Shown: positions 48,900 through 59,878, counted from the stretch's first letter. The stretch is DNA of 64,000 nt from an uncultured Nitrososphaerota archaeon (GCA_963703285.1 OY969807.1:1696001-1760000), one strand, 5' to 3'. The notes: generated by a model not told the origin, from the letters alone. Translations and numbers: made by a program.

Positions 48900-49757
48900 C
48901 TACCTTTTCCGGGAGACTCCGCCGAGGAGTTTCCTCCATCGAAGAGAACCATGGTAGGTGGCGAGACGTCGGTGGACGATTCCCGAAGGAACCCCGAGAA
49001 AGGGGACCCTAGAGGCCAAGAGAAGGATGGCGACGAGCAACACGAGCCAGTTGCTGAACAGGAACGCTCCGGCCCGGGCTCCGTCGAACGCCCGCCAGCC
49101 GAGATCGTTCACTCCTCCAGCCCAGAGGGCATCTATCACGTGCCAGGTCATGTCTTCAGGAGCGGAAGACCATAGAGCGAACTCGAAGGCCACGAGAATG
49201 GGAGCGGCGAACAGGGTTATGGAATCCTTGAGGGCGGTCCCGATTCCGCGGCCGGCGCCCAGGGCTGCGAAGCCGAGGGCTGCGAGTGAGAAGAAGAGCG
49301 TAGCCTGTGTCCCAGCGTCCCACGGGACGAATCGCAGGAAGTTCGCAGCATAAATCTCGCGAAGATACGGGTGCTCGGCCAGGCTCCAGCCGTAACCGTT
49401 GTAGCCGCCCAGGACGTCGGCGGTGGCCCAGAACCCGAAGTCGAACAGCCCAATGACCACCGCGAGGACGGCGGTGACCCGCGCCAGCCCCCTGACCTCG
49501 ATTCGCCCCTCCAAGAGGTGAGAGATCCTCGTAAGGCGCTCCGCTAACGACCTCCTGACAGGCTCCCAAACCACGGCCAGGAGCACGAAGGCTCCCACGC
49601 AGACCTCGGTTTCTGCCTGGAAGACGCGCGTGGGAGCCGCCAGCCCCACGGGAGGACGCGCTCCTAGCAGTATCTCGTACGCCACGAGCGAAGCGAGCAG
49701 AAAGCCTGCGGCGAAGACCGACCCGAACCTCAAGCTCATCTTCCACGCGTCCTGCAA
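48900..49757 (-). CDS. Multi-TM membrane protein
   Basis: Six hydrophobic segments. Confidence 0.7.
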   Translation of the reverse strand: MQDAWKMSLRFGSVFAAGFLLASLVAYEILLGARPPVGLAAPTRVFQAETEVCVGAFVLLAVVWEPVRRSLAERLTRISHLLEGRIEVRGLARVTAVLAVVIGLFDFGFWATADVLGGYNGYGWSLAEHPYLREIYAANFLRFVPWDAGTQATLFFSLAALGFAALGAGRGIGTALKDSITLFAAPILVAFEFALWSSAPEDMTWHVIDALWAGGVNDLGWRAFDGARAGAFLFSNWLVLLVAILLLASRVPFLGVPSGIVHRRLATYHGSLRWRKLLGGVSRKR

Positions 49758-49883
49758 GAGGGAGAATAAACCGTAGGACAGAATTTAAGGTATCTACCCT
49801 TCACCGAGCCTGCAAGACCCGGCCGTCTCGACCGCACTTCGCAACTATGAAATATCAGGCAGGTCCCTCCGGCAGATGGAACA

Positions 49884-50660
49884 ATGCCCAGACTTCTCAC
49901 GGCCGACGAGAGGCAGTCCCTCAGGCAGCACGCGGCGAGGATGGAGCAGGTCGAGAAGGACCAGTCCGGTCTTGTCGAGGTCGGCTGGGCTTGGTACGAG
50001 AAGTCACGGGGAATTGTCGCCTGGGGCTTCCGCAACCTGGACTCGAGCCGGCGCAGCGTGATTCTCTTGAGGAACTCGTACTATTTCGGCGATGCGTACT
50101 GGTCTATCTACAACTCCAACAAGTCCTTCAGGTCATCCTTCCTCTACGGAGGAATCTCACCACCGCCCCTCTCCGAGCGGTCCGTCCCGCAGAACGCCCC
50201 TCCCCTCGGGCTCGTGCAGTTCGCAGACTTCCAGCGGACGCTCGTCTGTTTCGTCTTCACGCTCTCGCCAGGGCAGGCGTGGGCGATGCTGGAAGGGGAC
50301 TTCAGCCGGTACTCGCCCCCAACAGGGCTGGCGGTCTACGGCGCTACGCCCCTCTCGGGCGGCGACTTCTGCATCGGCTATGACCCGCAGGCCGTCAGGG
50401 ACTGGGACGACCAGACGTCCACGCGCCTGAGTGGCTACTCGCCGAACCCCTCGACGTTCAACACGTGGCTCTTCCAGGCCGAGGGGATCGCAACCTACCA
50501 GAAGCTCTTCTCGGGCGACTCGGTGATTGCGGGCGGGTGCACCCCCGAGGCGCAGATGCAGATGCAGCCGCCAGCCGAGCAGAGGGCGTCCTCGCAGGAT
50601 ACGAACGGGCTCTTCCCTCCGGTGTTCCCCGACGTCCTGCTGCCGCCCCTCAACCCCTAG
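49884..50660 (+). CDS. Hypothetical protein
   Basis: GC3-rich coding ORF. Confidence 0.7.
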   Translation: MPRLLTADERQSLRQHAARMEQVEKDQSGLVEVGWAWYEKSRGIVAWGFRNLDSSRRSVILLRNSYYFGDAYWSIYNSNKSFRSSFLYGGISPPPLSERSVPQNAPPLGLVQFADFQRTLVCFVFTLSPGQAWAMLEGDFSRYSPPTGLAVYGATPLSGGDFCIGYDPQAVRDWDDQTSTRLSGYSPNPSTFNTWLFQAEGIATYQKLFSGDSVIAGGCTPEAQMQMQPPAEQRASSQDTNGLFPPVFPDVLLPPLNP

Positions 50661-50719
50661 CGCGCCCTCAATGCCACGGGCCTAACGTTTACCTTGTGCG
50701 CGGAGCTACCTCGTGATGC

Positions 50720-51688
50720 TTGCCCCGACGCACCTGGCGGCTGTCCCATCAGGAGCGCTTCAGAATCCTCCCTGTCCCGCCCTACAACTTCGAGCTCACT
50801 GTCAGGAACCCCGCAGGGTGGGAGCTCTTCACCTCAGACGAGGTCTACGAGCGGGGGACCCTCTGGACGGGAATCCGGTTCGGGCGAAGGCTCATCGGTC
50901 TGCGGATCAGGTCCTCAGGCATGATAGACGCGCCGCGCTTGGATGTCTCCGCGTACACCAAGGAGAAGCTCCCGGGGGACGCCGTCGAGAGGCTCTCCGA
51001 GCTCGTCTCTCGCTCTCTCGGCGCGCACCAGGTCCTGACAGGGTTCTACGAGTTCGCCCGTCGCGACCCGATACTGAAGCATGTGGTGAAGGACCTCTAC
51101 GGGATGCACGACACCCAGAGCGTCTCTCTGTTCAACTCTGTCGTCCTGAGCATCTGCCTCCAGATGGCGAGGCTGAAGAGGTCCGACGAGATGATGGAAG
51201 CGATAGACAGGGAGTACGGGGAGACGATAGAGTTCGACGGGAGACGGATTCCCCTGAACCCCACCGCGGAGACCGTGGCGAAGCTCGACCCGAAGGTCTT
51301 CGCCCAGAGGTGCAAGCTCGGGTACAGGGCCAAGTATCTCGTCGCCTCGGCGAAGATGATCGCCGGAGCCTTCCCGACCATGCAGGAGATACACCGGATG
51401 CAGCCCGCCGAGGCGAGGGAGAAGCTGATGGAGCTCCCAGGGGTCGGGGACTACGCCGCAGACATCATCAACCCGCACGGAGGCTTCCCGATTGACGCGT
51501 GGTCGGTCGACGTCTTCGGTCTCCTCTTCTTCGGGAAGGAGCCCAAGGACAGGAGGGAGGCGATAGAGAAGGTCAAGGAGGAGGGGATCAAGCGGTGGGG
51601 CCAGTGGAGCTGGATGGCCTTCTTTTACGTCGCGCAGGACCTCAGGAACCTCTCAAAGAGGCTCGGCATCGAGTTGCGGCTGGAGTGA
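50720..51688 (+). CDS. HhH-GPD DNA glycosylase (AlkA/OGG-like)
   Basis: LGYRAKY, LMELPGVGDYAAD, FPIDAW. Confidence 0.9.
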   Translation: MPRRTWRLSHQERFRILPVPPYNFELTVRNPAGWELFTSDEVYERGTLWTGIRFGRRLIGLRIRSSGMIDAPRLDVSAYTKEKLPGDAVERLSELVSRSLGAHQVLTGFYEFARRDPILKHVVKDLYGMHDTQSVSLFNSVVLSICLQMARLKRSDEMMEAIDREYGETIEFDGRRIPLNPTAETVAKLDPKVFAQRCKLGYRAKYLVASAKMIAGAFPTMQEIHRMQPAEAREKLMELPGVGDYAADIINPHGGFPIDAWSVDVFGLLFFGKEPKDRREAIEKVKEEGIKRWGQWSWMAFFYVAQDLRNLSKRLGIELRLE

Positions 51689-51690
51689 GA

Positions 51691-52254
51691 CTAGGCGACC
51701 GGCTCTATCCTCGAGCTGATGGGCCGGAAGCTCTCCGGGACCTGTAGCTCCTGCGTGCTGTGGATGCAGAACTGGGGCGAGGGGCCGAGCACGAGCTGGC
51801 GCCTCCAGAGGAGCGCCTTCCTTTCCCCGACCACCTTCGCGACTTCCTCGTAGTACGATTGGTAGGATGGCCCGATCGGCTTCTCGGCCCACGTGGCAAC
51901 CCGGGCCTCACGGAGGTTGAGGTCTCCCTGTACCGACCTGAGCACTCCTCCCGCCCCCTTCATGTAGTCCTTCGCTATCGCGTCGTGAGGCGTGCGCGTG
52001 TCCCCTTCGACGGCCGCGTCGTTGAGCGCACCCAGCGCGGCGAAGTTCTCCACCAAGTACCAGTCCTCGTACACGATTCCCTGTCTGGGGCTCCAGGGCA
52101 GGGCTTGGACCCTGAAGCTCAGGGCATCGACTAGCCCTGCAGGTCTCTGCGAGCTAAGGGAGCGGAGGAAGTCGGCCAGCTTCTTCTCGTAGATGTCCGC
52201 CGTTATCTCGGGGCGAGACTGATGCCAGAACACGTAGGCGAGGAGGTTGGGCAT
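51691..52254 (-). CDS. Hypothetical protein
   Basis: [17 protein letters not shown] conserved-looking motifs. Confidence 0.7.
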   Translation of the reverse strand: MPNLLAYVFWHQSRPEITADIYEKKLADFLRSLSSQRPAGLVDALSFRVQALPWSPRQGIVYEDWYLVENFAALGALNDAAVEGDTRTPHDAIAKDYMKGAGGVLRSVQGDLNLREARVATWAEKPIGPSYQSYYEEVAKVVGERKALLWRRQLVLGPSPQFCIHSTQELQVPESFRPISSRIEPVA

Positions 52255-52288
52255 GGCGGCTCTTCAGCTTCTTCGGTAATAATGCGTT

Positions 52289-53539
52289 TTGTCGGAATCG
52301 CGTGGGGGCAATACGCTTTATTATCTCTCGGTGTCGCTCGGCCAGAGCTTGCCGTACCTACTTCCCCGTGGGCTGACCTCGAAGGGGCAGCTAGCGTTGA
52401 TTCTCGCCTTCGGCGACCTCTCTTACCTCGAGGCACGTACTGTATTACCCGAGAGGCTGTCGAGTTCCACGCGGCCCTGGGAGGACATCGCCCTGCTGCA
52501 GGTCAAGGATGGGGGAGGTTACGAGAGCCTCGCCGGAGTCCACAAGGTGGCGGTCTCGATCGCGCCGAGCCTGCGCGCCCGGCTGGATGACATCAAGGAG
52601 CTGGACGAATTCCTCGGCTGGTTCGAAGACGGCCTCAGCTTCTCGGTCAGCTTCTACTCTCCGGAGCCCACAGGGAAGGAGGAGTATGAGGAGGTCCTGG
52701 CTATCTTCCTCAAGGCCGTCAGGGACGCTGGTCTAAGGAAGGCCAACCTCGTGAGGCCGCGGAACGGCACGGAGGTCCTGTCGAGAGAGATATCCTCCCG
52801 GAGGATAGTCGACTTCGTCGTAATCAGAGTCGGTGAGAAGTTCTGGGTGGGCGCCACCGCGTTCGTGCCTGACGTCCAGCAGTTCCAGGTGAGGTCAAAC
52901 GAGAGGCCTGTGGTGAGCTCGCAGATCTCCATCCCGTCAAGGCTGGCGAGGTTGCTCCTCAACCTGAGCGGAGCGAAGAAGGGTGACGTGTTGCTCGACC
53001 CCTTCTGCGGGTCCGGGACGATACTCTCGGAAGCTCTCGTGTCGGGCGTGAGCTGCATCGGGGTCGACTGGGACAGGGACAGGATCGAGAACAGCAGGCA
53101 GAACCTGGAGTGGCTATCGAAGAAGACGAAATCACCGGTCCAGTATTCGTTGAAGGTGGGAGACTCGACGAGGCTCGAGAAGGTCCTGGGTGACGTTCGT
53201 GTCGACGCAATCGTGACAGAGCCCATCCTCCTCCCGAGAATCGACGCCGCCCCCACCGAGAGCAGGGCAAAGAAGCTCATCCGCAACTCGAGCAGGCTCT
53301 ACTCAGAAGCGCTCTATTCGATGGCCGCGGTTGTGCGCAAAGGAGGGAGGGTCGTCATAGTCACTCCTTCGCTGAGAACGCTCGGGGGGGAGGAGGTCTC
53401 GGTTCTCCTCGAGAACGAGCGCGAGGCAGGACTGAGGCAGTATCAACCCGCCCACGGGAGGCAGGAGTACCCGGTTAGGATCGCACACGAGAGCACGCGA
53501 TGGGTGGGGCGTCTGGTCTACGTCTTTGAGCGCGTCTGA
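52289..53539 (+). CDS. TRM11/TrmG10-family RNA methyltransferase
   Basis: RLARLLLNL, LLDPFCGSGTIL.E, DAIVTEP. Confidence 0.85.
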   Translation: MSESRGGNTLYYLSVSLGQSLPYLLPRGLTSKGQLALILAFGDLSYLEARTVLPERLSSSTRPWEDIALLQVKDGGGYESLAGVHKVAVSIAPSLRARLDDIKELDEFLGWFEDGLSFSVSFYSPEPTGKEEYEEVLAIFLKAVRDAGLRKANLVRPRNGTEVLSREISSRRIVDFVVIRVGEKFWVGATAFVPDVQQFQVRSNERPVVSSQISIPSRLARLLLNLSGAKKGDVLLDPFCGSGTILSEALVSGVSCIGVDWDRDRIENSRQNLEWLSKKTKSPVQYSLKVGDSTRLEKVLGDVRVDAIVTEPILLPRIDAAPTESRAKKLIRNSSRLYSEALYSMAAVVRKGGRVVIVTPSLRTLGGEEVSVLLENEREAGLRQYQPAHGRQEYPVRIAHESTRWVGRLVYVFERV

Positions 53540-54237
53540 TGGGGCTTCTCCGGTATCGCCTTCGTCGCCTTCCGCATCAGGGAGATCAGCAGGCCGAGCT
53601 CCTTTCCGTCCAGCTGCGAGCGAAGCGCCATCCTTCTTGCGAGTCTCCTGAGCCTCTGCGCGCGGTGCTCCTGGACGCCTGCCGCGATGGCGAGCTCGTA
53701 CGCATACGTCGCGAACGCGTCCCGCTCACCCGTGCTGGGAATCTTCCTCCTCTCCATCCCTGATCTGGAGAGCACGTAGAGCAGTACGCCCACTGAGTGG
53801 CTGACATTGAGCGTCCTGTAGCCGGTCCCGGTTGTCAAGCTGGTCACGATGTCGCATCTGGCCAGCTCGTCGTTTCTCAGCCCCGTGGTGTCCCTTCCGA
53901 ACACCAGGGAAGCAGACCTCGAGGACGAAACGTAACCCGCCATCTCCTCCGGAGGCACCGTGAGCCTGTTCACGTTGGCCCTCTTCAGGGCCGCCACCGC
54001 GGTGGTCGCGACCAGGAGGTCGTGCCGACTTCTCAGCTCTTCGAAGCCTATCTCCTCGGCGTCCTCCAGCACGTCGGCCGCGTGGGCAGCGTAGACCGAC
54101 GCGACCCTGCGGTCGAAGTTCGGCTCGATCAGGTAAAGCTTCCGCGCGCCGAAGTTCTTGACCAACCTCGCGGTGTAGCCGACGTTGACCGGGAATTCCG
54201 GGCCGACCAGTGTGACAGTGACCTTCCCGAGCCTCAA
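53518..54237 (-). CDS. trmJ: TrmJ/SpoU tRNA 2'-O-methyltransferase
   Basis: PEFPVNVG..AR..KNFG, LVFGRDTTGL.NDEL..CD, LNVSHSV. Confidence 0.85.
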   Translation of the reverse strand: MRLGKVTVTLVGPEFPVNVGYTARLVKNFGARKLYLIEPNFDRRVASVYAAHAADVLEDAEEIGFEELRSRHDLLVATTAVAALKRANVNRLTVPPEEMAGYVSSSRSASLVFGRDTTGLRNDELARCDIVTSLTTGTGYRTLNVSHSVGVLLYVLSRSGMERRKIPSTGERDAFATYAYELAIAAGVQEHRAQRLRRLARRMALRSQLDGKELGLLISLMRKATKAIPEKPHQTRSKT

Positions 54238-55037
54238 GCTCCCCCGGGCAGACCCCCGCTTCCTGATATGACCTTTTCACGGGTCGCCACCCGCTCCAGC
54301 ACGGCCCGGAAGTCCGAGGGGGAGAGGTCCTGGACCCTCGTAGAGAGGCGCCCTGCGTCCAGATTTTTGAACCCGAGGTGCAGCTGTTTGAGCGCGCTTA
54401 CAAGCTTCCTCCTCCTCTGGGAGAAGAGCTTCTTCACGAGCCCGATTTCCCCCGGGGAGAGAGTGCTCCTGGGCGTCATGACGACGACTACCGACGAGAC
54501 CCTGGGCTGAGGGACGAAGCATCCCCTGGGAACGAGGAGGTCCGGCCTGACCTCGGCCGAGAGTTGCGAGATCACCGATATCGCCCTATAGGCATCCTGT
54601 CCCGGCTTGGTGAGCAGTTTGTCGACGAAGTCCCTCTGCAACAGGACGACCGCCCTTTCATAGCGGTGCCTGCTCAACCATTCGACGAATCGGGAAGACT
54701 CCGAGTACGGGAGGCTGGAAACCAGTATGTCGAACTCTCTGGATTCCGCGAACGCATCTCCGAGGTGGAGCTCGACGCCGTCCAGGCCCGACTCCCTCGT
54801 CACAAGATAGTTACCCTCGTCGAGCTCGAACGCCTCGAGGTGGTCCGACAACCCCGCCAGCCTGGCAGTGAGCGCGCCCCTCCCCGTCCCAATCTCCAGG
54901 ACCCTGTGTCTCCGTTCAATCGCTGCGAGGTCGACCATCCTCTCGGCCACGGAAGAGTCGGTCAGGTAGTGCTGTCCTAGCGCCCTCCTCTTCCCTAGTC
55001 TTCTATGGGGCATCGTCCAGACTGCCTTTGGTGTCAC
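54234..55037 (-). CDS. ksgA: 16S rRNA dimethyladenosine transferase
   Basis: LGQHYL, VLEIGTGRGALT, SSLPY, F.PQPRVSS. Confidence 0.93.
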   Translation of the reverse strand: MTPKAVWTMPHRRLGKRRALGQHYLTDSSVAERMVDLAAIERRHRVLEIGTGRGALTARLAGLSDHLEAFELDEGNYLVTRESGLDGVELHLGDAFAESREFDILVSSLPYSESSRFVEWLSRHRYERAVVLLQRDFVDKLLTKPGQDAYRAISVISQLSAEVRPDLLVPRGCFVPQPRVSSVVVVMTPRSTLSPGEIGLVKKLFSQRRRKLVSALKQLHLGFKNLDAGRLSTRVQDLSPSDFRAVLERVATREKVISGSGGLPGGA

Positions 55038-55591
55038 TTCTTGACGAAGATGTTTATCCTCGAATCACCGGAGATCTCCTCCGTGATTCTCTTCGCTATC
55101 AGCTTGGCGGGGTCCCTCAGCCCCACCCGTTCCTGGACATCCTCGAACGAGGTGAACGGCTTCCTCTCCCGAAGGTCGACTATGGTCTTCATGAAGGTCT
55201 TGCCTATCCCTGGGATGAGCTCGAGCCCGTGGAGCCGCGGCGTAAGCGGCTGCAGCTCGTTGAAGTAGGCCACGTACTTCGCCTCGTTGTTCTTGACTAT
55301 CTCCTCGCAGACGCTCGGCAGCTGGAGCTTGGCATCCTGCGTAAGCTCCTCGTAGGAAAGCTTCCCGAGGACGCTCAGTATCTTGTCACGGCCCTCCCTC
55401 CCTATCCTGAGCCGCTCGCCTTGCTCGAAGTCCTGTTCATCCCCCGCAAGCAGCTCCAAGAGGGTGAGCCTCTCCTCCCCGATAGCCTGAACAATCGACC
55501 CCTCCCTGCCCTTTATCACGACGGACTTCCCTCCGGGAAGGAAATCGAGGACGTACGCGAATTCCTCATACCTCTTCTCGTTCGAGAGCAT
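55034..55591 (-). CDS. DUF655 family protein
   Basis: AYVLDFLP, QAIGE..LTLLE, RLHGLELIPGIGK, FTSFED; synteny. Confidence 0.9.
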   Translation of the reverse strand: MLSNEKRYEEFAYVLDFLPGGKSVVIKGREGSIVQAIGEERLTLLELLAGDEQDFEQGERLRIGREGRDKILSVLGKLSYEELTQDAKLQLPSVCEEIVKNNEAKYVAYFNELQPLTPRLHGLELIPGIGKTFMKTIVDLRERKPFTSFEDVQERVGLRDPAKLIAKRITEEISGDSRINIFVKK

Positions 55592-55763
55592 CTCTCGGGC
55601 ACCTCTCCTCTTTATCTCGTCAGACTCGCGCAGTAGCCTGGAGGACTCATGCGCGAGCGGGAACTCGTGAGCATGCCGTTCGAACCAGTGGGATTTGTAC
55701 GACGCCTTGCTATATAATCTTAATCCAGCCGGCGGGGCGTCTCCCGCGCGGGCGGAAGCGCCA

Positions 55764-56096
55764 TCAGCTTTCCTTGGCAGACTTCAGAATCTTCAACATC
55801 TTCTCGAGAATCTCAGTCGGAAGGAGCTTCCTCCATCCGGCCGTGAACGTCCGCAGCTCCTCTATCGACTTGGGCATGATGTTGATGACCTCGACCGCCT
55901 CCTCCGTGCTGAGGCCGCACTCGGACTCGAGCTGCTTGCGCAGCTTCTTCGCGCTCTCCACGGTGATTTTCGAGAACTTTGACGTGTAGTCCAGCGTCCG
56001 CTTCTGTATCTGATCGGCCTTCTCCACGTCGATTTTCTCGAGGATCTGGTGAGCTTCACTGAGCGTGAGTATCTTCTTCTCGCGTACCTCCGACAT
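55764..56096 (-). CDS. rpoF: RNA polymerase subunit Rpo4 (F)
   Basis: TLSEA, TLDY..KFSK, INIMP.S.EELR. Confidence 0.93.
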   Translation of the reverse strand: MSEVREKKILTLSEAHQILEKIDVEKADQIQKRTLDYTSKFSKITVESAKKLRKQLESECGLSTEEAVEVINIMPKSIEELRTFTAGWRKLLPTEILEKMLKILKSAKES

Positions 56097-56380
56097 CAGG
56101 ACGCCTCCAAAGGTGCGATGTGGTCCTTCCTCGCGACGACCGACTTCACCTTGTCGCCCACCGGGACCTCAACCCTCAGTCCCCTGGCCCCTACCTCAGT
56201 GACGACCCCGACGAGGCCGTTGAACCTGCGGTGTGGCATCCCCTTGACCTGCGCCGAGTCTATCTTAATCACTACCTTCTGTCCGATGGAGTAGTCCCTG
56301 AGAATACGGCTCAAACCGCCCAGATTCTTCTTCTTCAGCAGAGCCCTCGTCCGCCTGCGGTACCCCTTAGATCTTCCCAA
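56096..56380 (-). CDS. rpl21e: 50S ribosomal protein L21e
   Basis: SKGYRRRTR, KGMPHRRFNG. Confidence 0.96.
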   Translation of the reverse strand: MGRSKGYRRRTRALLKKKNLGGLSRILRDYSIGQKVVIKIDSAQVKGMPHRRFNGLVGVVTEVGARGLRVEVPVGDKVKSVVARKDHIAPLEAS

Positions 56381-56620
56381 ACTCTACAATCAACTCGTCA
56401 GAGAAAGGGCTCCTGTTTTCCATCTTCATTAAAGCTTTTCCCGAAGAGCGCGAAACAGGCTGCCAAACGGAGACAGTTCTGAAACTCGAGACTGGACACC
56501 TCCGCGGCGCCCATCTAGTCTTACGCCGTTCCTTTTTTGTCGGACTACGAGAATCCTGTCGAGAAAGAGACTCCAAAATTGACAAACCGAGAAGAATCCT
56601 TCCTCGATTCGCCAACACAG

Positions 56621-57709
56621 TCAGAATTTGAGCTTCCCTGACTCCCAAACCCTGAGTATATCAAATCTTCGGCAGTCGAGGGGCGTCTTAAGGAGTTCGG
56701 CGAGCGAGAGCGAGACGGAGCCACCGCTCACCAGCCGCTTGACCGGGAGACCTCCGTCGAGCTTAATCTCAGCCACCAAGCCCGCCCCCCTCCTCTTGAC
56801 GCTCGCCGAATACACCTGCTTGTAGACGGTCTTCCCCTTGCTGTTCCTGAACTGAATCGACGAGGCCCTCAGCGCCTTCGACAGACCCGCCGGAATCGTC
56901 TCCACGCGTCCCTCCGGCTGGATGAAAGCTCTCGTCTTGAACGTGAACGAAGGGATCGACTTCGGTCTGCCTCTGAGGACCTTCAGTCCGACGACGTTCA
57001 TGATACCCTTGCCCGTCCTCGCCGAGATGCTCGAAGGCACTTCGCGTCTTCTCGCACCCTTGACCTCGGCTATGAAGGGGCGCCCCGGCGGGAAGACCCG
57101 GCTGGCAGGGTCCTCGCTCCCGAGCCAGGTGAACTTGGCCTTGGTCGAAAGGAGGACCCTCCCGAGCCTCTCCTCAAGGACCTCCTCCACGCTGACGTCC
57201 TTGCTGTACCCGGACTTGCATTCTCCGCAGCCCCTCCCGCCGCACTTCCCGCAGAGCTCCCTCCTCTGGGACACCCCTGGCGGCTTGGTGTACCTCCCAT
57301 ACACGAAGATCGACCTTGGCGTCACCTGGACCGAGCCCTGCTCGAGGTCGACCAGAATCGTGGCCTCGGGATGGTGGTGGTCGACCCTCCTCTTCGTCTC
57401 CCTCGCGATGGCCTCGGAGATGTCCCTCCCCAGCTGGGACTTGATGGTCTCCCTCCCGCGTATCTTGAGATCAGACCTCAACTGGTCCTCCCTCTCCTGT
57501 ATCCCCCTTGGGATGATGACGCCGATGGAAAACGTCCTGAAGTCATAGCGCCTCGCGCGCCCGACGACGCTCCGCTCTATCCTCGGGAAGCGCGACGTCA
57601 AGCCGCCGCAGATGAAGCAGTCCCTGCTCTGGACTACGTCGAAGTTTGCCCGGTCACCCTGTCTCGCGGCGCACGTATCGCAGAGCGGGAACTTCCCTCT
57701 ATCCGCCAA
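56621..57709 (-). CDS. pus10: tRNA pseudouridine synthase Pus10
   Basis: GRYTK..GVSQ, SVEE, GSED...GRPF.AE, DGGLPVKRLVSG. Confidence 0.9.
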   Translation of the reverse strand: MADRGKFPLCDTCAARQGDRANFDVVQSRDCFICGGLTSRFPRIERSVVGRARRYDFRTFSIGVIIPRGIQEREDQLRSDLKIRGRETIKSQLGRDISEAIARETKRRVDHHHPEATILVDLEQGSVQVTPRSIFVYGRYTKPPGVSQRRELCGKCGGRGCGECKSGYSKDVSVEEVLEERLGRVLLSTKAKFTWLGSEDPASRVFPPGRPFIAEVKGARRREVPSSISARTGKGIMNVVGLKVLRGRPKSIPSFTFKTRAFIQPEGRVETIPAGLSKALRASSIQFRNSKGKTVYKQVYSASVKRRGAGLVAEIKLDGGLPVKRLVSGGSVSLSLAELLKTPLDCRRFDILRVWESGKLKF

Positions 57710-59042
57710 GGGCTCCCTGCCCCCCGGCCCTTCTCAGCATCTGCCTGAACTCGCGCCCCTTGCTCGCCTTCATCAGGGTCTTGGTCTGCCTGTACTTTCC
57801 GAGGAGCTCCCTGACCTCCTTCTCGGACCTGCCGGAGCCCCTGGCGATGCGCTTTATCCTTACGCCGTTGAGCATCTCCGGGGTCTCCCTCTCCGCCTTG
57901 GCCATCGACTGGATGATGGACTTCCATGTCTTCATGTCCCTCTCCGCCTTCTCGAGGTCTTCGGCCTTCATGTTCCCCGCCAGTCCGGGTATCAGCTCCA
58001 GGATCTTCTTCAGGGAGCCCATCTTGTTGACCTGCTCGAACTGGAAGAGGAAGTCGTCCATGGTGAGCTTGCCCGAGGTCATCCGCTGGACCCTCTTCTC
58101 GTCGATCTCCGTCTCGAGCTGTTTGGCCATGTCGAGGAGGGACTGCAGGTCTCCCATCCCCAACAGCCGCCCCACGAAGCGCGTGGACGAGAACTCCTCC
58201 AGGTCGTCCACCCTCTCACCGGTCCCTATGTAGTAGATTTTGGCGCCGGTGGCCGCGACGGCGGCCAGCGCTCCGCCTCCCTTCGCCGCGCCGTCGAGCT
58301 TGGTGATGACGATCCCGCCCACCGGGGACGCCTTGTGGAAGGCCATCGCCTGGTTGTAGCACTGCTGGCCGATCGTCCCGTCGACCACGAGGAGGTTGAT
58401 GTCGGGCTTGACCTTCGAGGTGATGTTGTTCATCTCTTCCAGAAGGCTCTTCTCTTCCTTGTGCCGGCCGGCCGTGTCGATTATGATGAGGTTCTTGGAC
58501 TGCTCGAAGAAGCGCTTCCCGGCCTCGGCGACCTTGACCGAGTCCTTCTGCTTCTCGTCGCTGTAGACCTCTACTCCGACGCGCTCCGCCAGAGTCTTCA
58601 GCTGCGTGACCGCGCCCGGACGGAAGGTGTCCGCGGCCACCACGCCCACCTTGAAGCCCTTCTTCGTGTAGAACCTCGCGAGCTTCGAGACGGTGGTGGT
58701 CTTCCCCGAGCCTTGGACCCCCAGCATCACGATGACGTTCGTCCTGCCCTTGTCGAGCTTGAGTTCCTTCGTTCCGCCCAGCATCTTGTCGAGCTCCTCG
58801 TAGAGTATCTTGACGATTTGGTCCTTTCGCGTCATCCCTCCGAGCGGCTTCTCCTCGAGAGCCCTCTTCTGGACGCTCTCGGTCACCGACAGCACGAGCC
58901 TGACGTTGACGTCGGCTTGAATCAAGGCGCGCTGAAGATCACGGATAAAATCCTTGATTGCGGCTTCGTCGACCACGCCCGATTTCAGCAACTTCTGTAC
59001 GGCGTTGCGAAGTCCATCCCGAAGCGAATCGAGCATTTTCAA
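57699..59042 (-). CDS. srp54: Signal recognition particle protein SRP54
   Basis: GVQGSGKTTT, DTAGRH, TKLDG.AKGGGA, LLGMGD. Confidence 0.98.
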   Translation of the reverse strand: MKMLDSLRDGLRNAVQKLLKSGVVDEAAIKDFIRDLQRALIQADVNVRLVLSVTESVQKRALEEKPLGGMTRKDQIVKILYEELDKMLGGTKELKLDKGRTNVIVMLGVQGSGKTTTVSKLARFYTKKGFKVGVVAADTFRPGAVTQLKTLAERVGVEVYSDEKQKDSVKVAEAGKRFFEQSKNLIIIDTAGRHKEEKSLLEEMNNITSKVKPDINLLVVDGTIGQQCYNQAMAFHKASPVGGIVITKLDGAAKGGGALAAVAATGAKIYYIGTGERVDDLEEFSSTRFVGRLLGMGDLQSLLDMAKQLETEIDEKRVQRMTSGKLTMDDFLFQFEQVNKMGSLKKILELIPGLAGNMKAEDLEKAERDMKTWKSIIQSMAKAERETPEMLNGVRIKRIARGSGRSEKEVRELLGKYRQTKTLMKASKGREFRQMLRRAGGQGALGG

Positions 59043-59179
59043 AGGCGGCGGGATTCCGCCTGTTATTTAGTTATTCGAGTCTACCCGCATGACTGGGACT
59101 CTCCAGATTCGTCCCGTTAGGCGAGATTCCCTTCTTCAACAGAACCATTAAGAGAGTTGCAACTATCCCAACTCTCAGT

Positions 59180-59878
59180 ATGAAGGTTGCGGTTCTGTGG
59201 AGCGGAGGCAAGGACTCGGCTTACTCCGCGTTCCTCGCAAAACAGACTGACCATCTTGTATGCCTTGTTACGATATTCCCGTCGGCCGAGGGGTCGTGGA
59301 TGTTTCACTACCCAGCGGTCCAATGGACGAAATTACAGGCCCAGTCGGCACGCCTGCCACAGGTGATTGTTCCCACAGAAGGAGTCAAAGAGGAGGAACT
59401 GAGCGACCTTTCCCGGGGTCTTCAGACGGCCAAGGACGAATACGGGATTGAAGGCGTCTACACCGGGGCGCTGGCGAGCGTCTACCAAAAATCACGCGTC
59501 GACAGTATATGCTCGGACCTCGGATTGCAGAGCTTGTCCCCGCTATGGGGCATCGACCCTCGCGTTCACCTCACGAATATAATCAATCAGGGGTTCGATG
59601 TCATAATCACCGGGGTCGCCGCGCTCGGCCTGGATGAGAGCTGGCTGGGCAGGAGGCTGGACATGGGGATGGTCAAGGAGCTCGTCAATCTCCAGAGGAG
59701 ACACGGCATGCACGCGGCCCTCGAGGGCGGCGAGGGGGAGACCTTCGTGCTCGACTGCCCACTCTTCACCGAGCGGATTGAGATAGCTTCGGCCCGGAAG
59801 CACTGGGACGGGATGGCAGGCTACCTGGAGATACTCGAGGCCGGGCTCGTGCCGAAGGCGGCCGTGGACAAGGGATAA
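59180..59878 (+). CDS. dph6: Diphthine--ammonia ligase
   Basis: SGGKDS, SWMFH, GEGGE-like EGGEGETFVLDCPLF. Confidence 0.93.
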   Translation: MKVAVLWSGGKDSAYSAFLAKQTDHLVCLVTIFPSAEGSWMFHYPAVQWTKLQAQSARLPQVIVPTEGVKEEELSDLSRGLQTAKDEYGIEGVYTGALASVYQKSRVDSICSDLGLQSLSPLWGIDPRVHLTNIINQGFDVIITGVAALGLDESWLGRRLDMGMVKELVNLQRRHGMHAALEGGEGETFVLDCPLFTERIEIASARKHWDGMAGYLEILEAGLVPKAAVDKG